64,000 nt of DNA from Kaistella sp. (GTDB lineage Bacteria > Bacteroidota > Bacteroidia > Flavobacteriales > Weeksellaceae), in the NCBI RefSeq assembly GCF_041824135.1, contig NZ_JBGZYM010000084.1, positions 102,067-166,066 on the forward strand. The letters are read 5' to 3'. Numbering within the stretch: position 1 is the stretch's first letter; each line of letters opens with the position of its first letter. Made by a program: the position numbers and the translations under genes. The notes under the pieces are model-generated. The model saw only the letters and a program-made list of their open reading frames with translations, ran no database searches and had not been told where the DNA came from. Below are positions 58,367-64,000 of this stretch, piece after piece.

Positions 58367-58386
58367 ATGAAATTTTACGTTTACAC
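58367..58386 (+). pseudogene. Stub of a fourth GIY-YIG copy (first ~6 codons)
   Basis: atgaaattttacgtttacac matches the start of copy 3, then similarity ends abruptly. Confidence 0.75.
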
Positions 58387-58608
58387 CCTTTCCTTTTATT
58401 TAATTCACTTCTTCAGAAACTTGGGAAATTAAAATTAACACTAATTTTTCTCAGCAATTTTCTTTTTCCTAAATTTATTAATTCCTGGTTTCTGAGTGTC
58501 GAATTAAGAAATGTTATCATTTATCATCCTCATTTATTTTGATTAGTACAAGAAAAATGGTAATATTGTTAAGCAACATTATTTAATAATCTATTTAAAA
58601 ATACATCT

Positions 58609-59877
58609 ATGAAACCCAGTGTTATTTCAATTGTTCTCGGTGGAGGAAGAGGCGCCAGGTTAGCTCCTTTAACCAATACAAGATCCAAACCGGCAGTTCC
58701 GATTGCAGGAAAGTACAGGTTAGTTGATATCCCTATTTCCAACTGTCTTAATTCTGGTTTTAACCGTATTCTGGTGCTGACGCAGTTCAATTCTGCATCC
58801 CTGAATTCTCATATTAAAAATTCATTTCACTTCGATATTTTCAGCAAAGGTTTTGTGGATATTTTGGCAGCGGAACAAAACATAGAAAGTGATGCTTGGT
58901 ATCAAGGTACCGCAGATGCCGTGAGACAATCCATGAAACATTTGGATAAATACGATTACGAATATATTCTAATCCTTTCTGGCGATCAGTTGTATCAAAT
59001 GGATTTCCGTGAAATGATCGACTTTCACTGTAAGAACAAAGGCGATATTACCATTGCTACGATTCCAGTAAATGCGCATGATGCTACAGGATTCGGTATT
59101 TTAAAATCTGATGAAGAAGGGAATATTACATCATTTATTGAAAAACCTTCTGGTGAAGCTTTAAATGATTGGAAATCTGAAGTTTCTGAAAAAAATAAAG
59201 GTGAGGGAAAAGAATATCTTGCCTCCATGGGAATCTACGTTTTCAACAAAAGTGGCTTGAAAAAGATGTTTGATGAAGATGCTGGTGATGATTTTGGTGG
59301 AGAATTAATTCCAAACGGGATTGGAAAATATAAAACATTAAGTTTTCAATATGATGGCTATTGGACCGACATAGGAACAATACAGTCATTTTTTGATGCT
59401 AATTTAGATTTAACAACTGATTTTCCTAAGTTTAACTTGTTCAGTAAATCTCCTATTTATACAAGAGCGAGAATGCTGCCACCTTCTAAGATTTTGGGAT
59501 CGTACGTTAGTAAAGCAGTATTTGGTGATGGCTGTATTATAATGGCTGATAAAATTGAAAATTCAATTGTAGGAAACAGAAGCCGTGTAGATCGAGGAAG
59601 TACCATCATGAATTCGTATATGATGGGTGCTGATTTTTATCAGGACACCAAGGAAATTGTATCGAATGACAATAGCGGAACTCCTAATTTGGGTGTTGGT
59701 AAATATTGTTATATCGAACGCGCCATTCTTGATAAAAATTGTAGAATCGGCGACAATGTAAGAATCATTGGTGGCCAACATTTACCAGATGGCGATTTTG
59801 ACAGCCACTCCATTAAAGATGGGATCGTCATTGTAAAAAAGAATGCCGTCATCACAGCAGGAACTCAGATTCCTTAA
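58609..59877 (+). CDS. glgC: Glucose-1-phosphate adenylyltransferase
   Basis: LGGGRG.RL.PLT..RSKPAVP, GTADAV, SGDQLY, FIEKP and ASMGIY. Confidence 0.97.
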   Translation: MKPSVISIVLGGGRGARLAPLTNTRSKPAVPIAGKYRLVDIPISNCLNSGFNRILVLTQFNSASLNSHIKNSFHFDIFSKGFVDILAAEQNIESDAWYQGTADAVRQSMKHLDKYDYEYILILSGDQLYQMDFREMIDFHCKNKGDITIATIPVNAHDATGFGILKSDEEGNITSFIEKPSGEALNDWKSEVSEKNKGEGKEYLASMGIYVFNKSGLKKMFDEDAGDDFGGELIPNGIGKYKTLSFQYDGYWTDIGTIQSFFDANLDLTTDFPKFNLFSKSPIYTRARMLPPSKILGSYVSKAVFGDGCIIMADKIENSIVGNRSRVDRGSTIMNSYMMGADFYQDTKEIVSNDNSGTPNLGVGKYCYIERAILDKNCRIGDNVRIIGGQHLPDGDFDSHSIKDGIVIVKKNAVITAGTQIP

Positions 59878-59900
59878 AACATTTACTTTCAAATAAACAA

Positions 59901-59932
59901 GCACGGCAGTATTTTTACTGCCGTGTTTTTTT
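59901..59932 (+). terminator. Intrinsic terminator after glgC
   Basis: cacggcagta / tactgccgtg stem plus T-tract. Confidence 0.85.
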
Positions 59933-59960
59933 TGCGCGTCTTTTTCCCTATTTTTGCCGC

Positions 59961-60998
59961 ATGCGTTGGTTAAAATTTGGAATCATTATCGTTTTATTTT
60001 TCGGAGTAGTTTATGCTGTTTCAATGACTTTTGTGGATGAAAATAAAAGCTTCACTATTGAAAAAGAAATTAATTATCCGATTGATAAAGTGTATCCACA
60101 GTTCAGCAATTTGCAAAACTTTACAAGATGGAATGCGTTCTTTTCAGAGAATAAAAATATGACAGTGCAGTACTATACTCCTTACGAAGGTAAAGGAAGT
60201 GCGATGAGTTATCGCGATAAAAAGGACAATGATATTTTCGGCGATCTATTTATTCGATATGAAAATCCAGAAAAGACTTTGAAATTACAGTTATTCGAAG
60301 GTCAAAAAAATATGCCTTACGCCATCGATCTTAAGTTTGTTCCGCAAAACGATAAAACAAAAGTGATCTGGTTCATTCATACTCCGAAACAGACTTTTTT
60401 TAAGCGGTCGTTAAATTTAATTTCGGAAGACTTTTGGGTAAACAATATCGACCAAAGTATGAAAAATCTTTATCAAATCTTAGGGAACAAAGTAGATAAA
60501 GAAATGCAGCGTGAAAGCATTAAATTTGATTCTCTGATGGTCGAGAATGAAGAAAGTCAATTGCTTTTAGGAATTAATGTTACTACGAAAAATGTAAAGG
60601 ATGCTCTTTTTAAAAATATTGTGGTGAATCATAATAAAGTCTCAAACTACATTAAAATGGATTTGGGCAAAAGAGAGGACGAATATGGCGAACCGGTATT
60701 AATTACCGACGCTGATAATTTTAAAGATAAAGAAGTCTCTTACTTTTACGGAATCCCAGTTTCTAAGAAAGAAGGTATTACCGATAATAATTTCAGTTTT
60801 AGAACGATCAATAGTTCTACGTATTATGTTATTTTTTATGACGGTAATTATGCGGGAAGAGTGAAGGCAATTCAGCAACTTTTAACAAAAGCAAAAAAAG
60901 ATACTATGCGAATTGGTGATTTGCAGCAGACTTTTTTAGAAGAGCCAACATCTGATTCTAAAACGGTTATGAAATTATCGCTGCCGGTTTACAAATAA
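59961..60998 (+). CDS. SRPBCC (START-like) domain membrane-anchored protein with GyrI-like C-terminus
   Basis: N-terminal TM, IEKEINYPIDKVY..NLQNF.RWN and C-terminal LSLPVYK; domain call by resemblance. Confidence 0.7.
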   Translation: MRWLKFGIIIVLFFGVVYAVSMTFVDENKSFTIEKEINYPIDKVYPQFSNLQNFTRWNAFFSENKNMTVQYYTPYEGKGSAMSYRDKKDNDIFGDLFIRYENPEKTLKLQLFEGQKNMPYAIDLKFVPQNDKTKVIWFIHTPKQTFFKRSLNLISEDFWVNNIDQSMKNLYQILGNKVDKEMQRESIKFDSLMVENEESQLLLGINVTTKNVKDALFKNIVVNHNKVSNYIKMDLGKREDEYGEPVLITDADNFKDKEVSYFYGIPVSKKEGITDNNFSFRTINSSTYYVIFYDGNYAGRVKAIQQLLTKAKKDTMRIGDLQQTFLEEPTSDSKTVMKLSLPVYK

Positions 60999-61099
60999 TT
61001 TGCAGCAATCGTCTTTTTAACCTTTTTTTGGCTTTAGTACCTCACTTATTTTTGTTAAATTTGGTCTTTAAATAAAAATAAACAGATAATTTGTAAATA

Positions 61100-63907
61100 A
61101 TGGACAAATTTTCATTCCTAAACGCTGCTCATTCGCAGTTAATAGAAGACTTATATCAACAATATTTAAAATTCCCTGACTCGGTAGAACCTTCCTGGAA
61201 ATCATTTTTTCAGGGATTTGATTTTGCTTTAGAGGGATATGGTGATGATTTTAGGGAAAATTCTGAATCATCAAAGGTTTCGGCGCCGGTGCAGTTAGCG
61301 AATCAAGCTTCTGCAAATGGTCAGATTCCGGAAGATATTCAAAAAGAGTTTCAGGTTCTTAATCTGATCGAAGCCTACAGACATCGTGGACATCTTTTCA
61401 CCAACACCAATCCGGTACGTGAAAATAGACATTTCGAACCTACTTTAGATATTGAAAACTTTGGGTTAACCAAAGCAGATCTCTCCCGTAAATTTAATTC
61501 TGCCACTACTACTGGCTTAGCTACCGCGGTAACTTTACAAGAACTTATTGCCCATCTCGATAAGATTTATTGCAAATCAATCGGTGTGGAATATATGCAC
61601 ATTAATAATGTTGCTGAGCGTAAATTCATTAGAGAATGGTTGCAGGTTAATGAAAATCATCCTCGCTTAAATGCGGATGAGAAGATAGAGATTTTAGAAA
61701 AACTGAATCAAGCAGTTGCATTTGAAAATTATCTTCATACCAAATTTGTTGGACAAAAAAGATTTTCTCTTGAAGGAGGGGAATCTTTAATTCCTGCCTT
61801 AGATCAATTAATTACCCGTTCTTCACACTTGGGAGTAGACGAGGTTGTTCTGGGAATGGCGCACAGAGGAAGATTAAATGTATTGACCAATATTTTTGGA
61901 AAGTCATATAAACAGATTTTCTCAGAATTTGAAGGTAAAGAATTTGAAGAAGATGTATTCTCGGGTGACGTAAAATACCACTTAGGCTCTTCCAAGAAAA
62001 TAAAAACAGCGAATGGACAAGAGGTTTCAATCAATTTGACGCCAAATCCATCGCACTTAGAAACTGTTGCTGCTTTGGTAGAAGGTATTTGTCGAGCGAA
62101 AGTTGACGATACTTATAAAGATTTCAAAAAAGTTTTACCAATCATTATTCATGGTGATGGTGCAATTGCTGGACAAGGCATCGTTTACGAAGTTGCACAA
62201 ATGATGACTTTGGAAGGTTATAGAACGGGTGGAACAATTCACATTGTGGTGAATAATCAAGTTTCGTTTACAACCAATTTCTTAGATGCACGCTCGTCGG
62301 TTTATTGTACAGATGTTGCGAAAGTAACTGAATCTCCAGTAATGCATGTGAATGCAGATGATGTAGAAGCAGTGGTACATGCAGTTCGATTTGCCGCAGA
62401 TTTCCGCGCAGAATTTGGTAAAGACGTTTATCTTGATCTTTTAGGATATAGAAAATATGGGCATAATGAAGGTGATGAGCCGAGATTTACGCAACCCAAC
62501 TTATATAAAAAGATTTCTAAACATTCCAATCCGAGAGAGATTTATAAGGAACAACTCATGCAAGAAGGAGTTCTTTCTGCTGATGTTCTGAAAGACATGG
62601 AAGTTTCCTTCAAAAAACTTTTAGATGCTGATTATGATGCTTCAAAAGAAATTGAAAAGAATACGATGGATCTTTTCATGGCGAGCTATTGGAAAGATTT
62701 ACCAATGTCCCCAAAAGGTGCAGTTTTAAATCCTGTTAATACTCAATTTGATGCTAAGAAATTAAAGGAACTGGCGATTAAAATGTCAACCTTGCCGACG
62801 GATAAAAAATTCATTAGTAAAGTAACCCGTCTTTTTGAGAACAGAATCAAATCGATTGAAGGAAATACGATTGATTGGGCACTTGGTGAGTGGTTAGCCT
62901 ATGCTACTTTGCTTACTGAAGGAAATAATATCAGAATTTCTGGAGAAGATGTAGAAAGAGGAACATTCTCTCACCGTCATGCTTTAGTAAAAACTGAAGA
63001 TACAGAAGAAGAGTACATACCATTAAGACACATCAGCGATAATCGTTTCGATATCTATAACTCGCATCTTTCTGAGTATGGTGTTCTTGGTTTTGATTAT
63101 GGTTATGCCATGGCCTCGCCAAATACGTTAACTATTTGGGAAGCACAGTTTGGAGATTTCGTTAATGGTGCACAGATCATCATCGACCAGTATTTGGTTG
63201 CTGCAGAAGAAAAATGGAAAATTCAAGCCGGTTTGGTGATGTTACTTCCGCATGGTTATGAAGGACAGGGTGCAGAACACTCTTCGGCAAGATTAGAAAG
63301 ATTCTTAGGACTTTGTGCCAATGAAAATATGGTGGTTGCCAATGCGACAACTCCTGCAAATTACTTTCATTTGTTAAGAAGACAAATGAAATGGAATTTC
63401 AGAAAACCATTAATTGTAATGACCCCAAAATCGTTATTGCGTCATCCAAAGGTAATTTCAACCATTGAAGATTTGGCAACCGGAGAATTCCAGCCGATTA
63501 TTGATGATGCAACTGCAAAAGCGGAAAAGATTGAAAAATTAGTTATTTGTTCAGGTAAAATTTATTATGAACTTTTAGCTAAAAAAGAAGAATTGAATTG
63601 TGAAAATATTGCCTTGGTCAGAATGGAACAAATGTATCCACTTCAACAAGACAAAATAAATGAAGTTTTCGAGAAATACAGCAACAGAAAACAATTGCTT
63701 TGGGTTCAGGAAGAACCAGAGAATATGGGAGCTTGGGGTTATATCTTAAGAAATTTCAGAGATACAGGAATTCAGGTTATTGCTCCAGTACCAAGTGGTT
63801 CACCTGCACCAGGAAGCCATAAGATGTTTGAAAATAATCAGAACAGCGTGATCAACAGAGTATTTGATAGAGATGATGCGCCAACAAAAAGACCTGTTAC
63901 GGCTTAG
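61100..63907 (+). CDS. sucA: 2-oxoglutarate dehydrogenase E1
   Basis: GMAHRGRLN, GDVKYH, HGDGA, GHNEGDEP and WEAQFGDF. Confidence 0.98.
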   Translation: MDKFSFLNAAHSQLIEDLYQQYLKFPDSVEPSWKSFFQGFDFALEGYGDDFRENSESSKVSAPVQLANQASANGQIPEDIQKEFQVLNLIEAYRHRGHLFTNTNPVRENRHFEPTLDIENFGLTKADLSRKFNSATTTGLATAVTLQELIAHLDKIYCKSIGVEYMHINNVAERKFIREWLQVNENHPRLNADEKIEILEKLNQAVAFENYLHTKFVGQKRFSLEGGESLIPALDQLITRSSHLGVDEVVLGMAHRGRLNVLTNIFGKSYKQIFSEFEGKEFEEDVFSGDVKYHLGSSKKIKTANGQEVSINLTPNPSHLETVAALVEGICRAKVDDTYKDFKKVLPIIIHGDGAIAGQGIVYEVAQMMTLEGYRTGGTIHIVVNNQVSFTTNFLDARSSVYCTDVAKVTESPVMHVNADDVEAVVHAVRFAADFRAEFGKDVYLDLLGYRKYGHNEGDEPRFTQPNLYKKISKHSNPREIYKEQLMQEGVLSADVLKDMEVSFKKLLDADYDASKEIEKNTMDLFMASYWKDLPMSPKGAVLNPVNTQFDAKKLKELAIKMSTLPTDKKFISKVTRLFENRIKSIEGNTIDWALGEWLAYATLLTEGNNIRISGEDVERGTFSHRHALVKTEDTEEEYIPLRHISDNRFDIYNSHLSEYGVLGFDYGYAMASPNTLTIWEAQFGDFVNGAQIIIDQYLVAAEEKWKIQAGLVMLLPHGYEGQGAEHSSARLERFLGLCANENMVVANATTPANYFHLLRRQMKWNFRKPLIVMTPKSLLRHPKVISTIEDLATGEFQPIIDDATAKAEKIEKLVICSGKIYYELLAKKEELNCENIALVRMEQMYPLQQDKINEVFEKYSNRKQLLWVQEEPENMGAWGYILRNFRDTGIQVIAPVPSGSPAPGSHKMFENNQNSVINRVFDRDDAPTKRPVTA

Positions 63908-63950
63908 TAAAAAATAGTAATTATAATTAAAAAAATAAAAAATATATCCG

Positions 63951-64000
63951 ATGTCAATATTAGAAATGAAAGTCCCTTCTCCGGGAGAATCCATCACAGA
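63951..64000 (+). CDS. sucB: Dihydrolipoyl succinyltransferase E2, N-terminus (runs off the window)
   Basis: MSILEMKVPSPGESITE lipoyl-domain start directly after sucA. Confidence 0.9.
   Translation, partial: MSILEMKVPSPGESIT

Larger units (their letters stand above)
57240..58386 (+). repeat. Tandem array of ~344-bp GIY-YIG / tRNA-fragment units
   Basis: ATGs at 57336, 57680, 58024 and 58367; hairpins at 57301, 57647, 57990 and 58335; tggttagaatg at 57240, 57569, 57912 and 58257. Confidence 0.95.

Noticed and set aside
57240-58386. CRISPR array
   Set aside because: Units are ~344 bp, nearly identical along their whole length and protein-coding; there are no short repeats with unique spacers and no cas genes.
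57240-58386. Array as an assembly artefact
   Set aside because: Copies differ at many positions with private mutations and a mosaic pattern; long reads would still be the final check.

Overview
AT-rich chromosomal segment of a flavobacterium. Gene content and TAnnTTTG -7 promoter boxes point to Weeksellaceae (Kaistella/Chryseobacterium-like); this taxon call is an inference. Most of the window is housekeeping: prfB 3' end, secDF, polA, two DEAD-box helicases, obgE-adk-hpt, purA, parAB, dapB-lepB, trxA, glgC, sucA and the start of sucB. Accessory items are an arsR-arsM pair, an RclA-like flavoprotein, two adjacent disrupted genes, a DUF2683/YoeB-type toxin-antitoxin pair, a UbiA/DprE1/DprE2/HAD operon resembling the polyprenyl-phospho-arabinose pathway, and a lone Y1 HUH tnpA flanked by palindromic inverted ends. 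The most unusual structure follows two identical tRNA-Asp genes (57.2-58.4 kb). It is a tandem array of ~344-bp units, each made of a terminator hairpin, a 79-codon GIY-YIG nuclease ORF whose stop codon lies inside a tRNA-Asp D-loop sequence, and a 3' tRNA-Asp fragment rebuilt with two short palindromes, one directly after the anticodon. Several other families of small structured intergenic repeats occur in the window, some carrying 14-22-bp palindromic inserts. Functional calls come from motif recognition only; no database searches were run.
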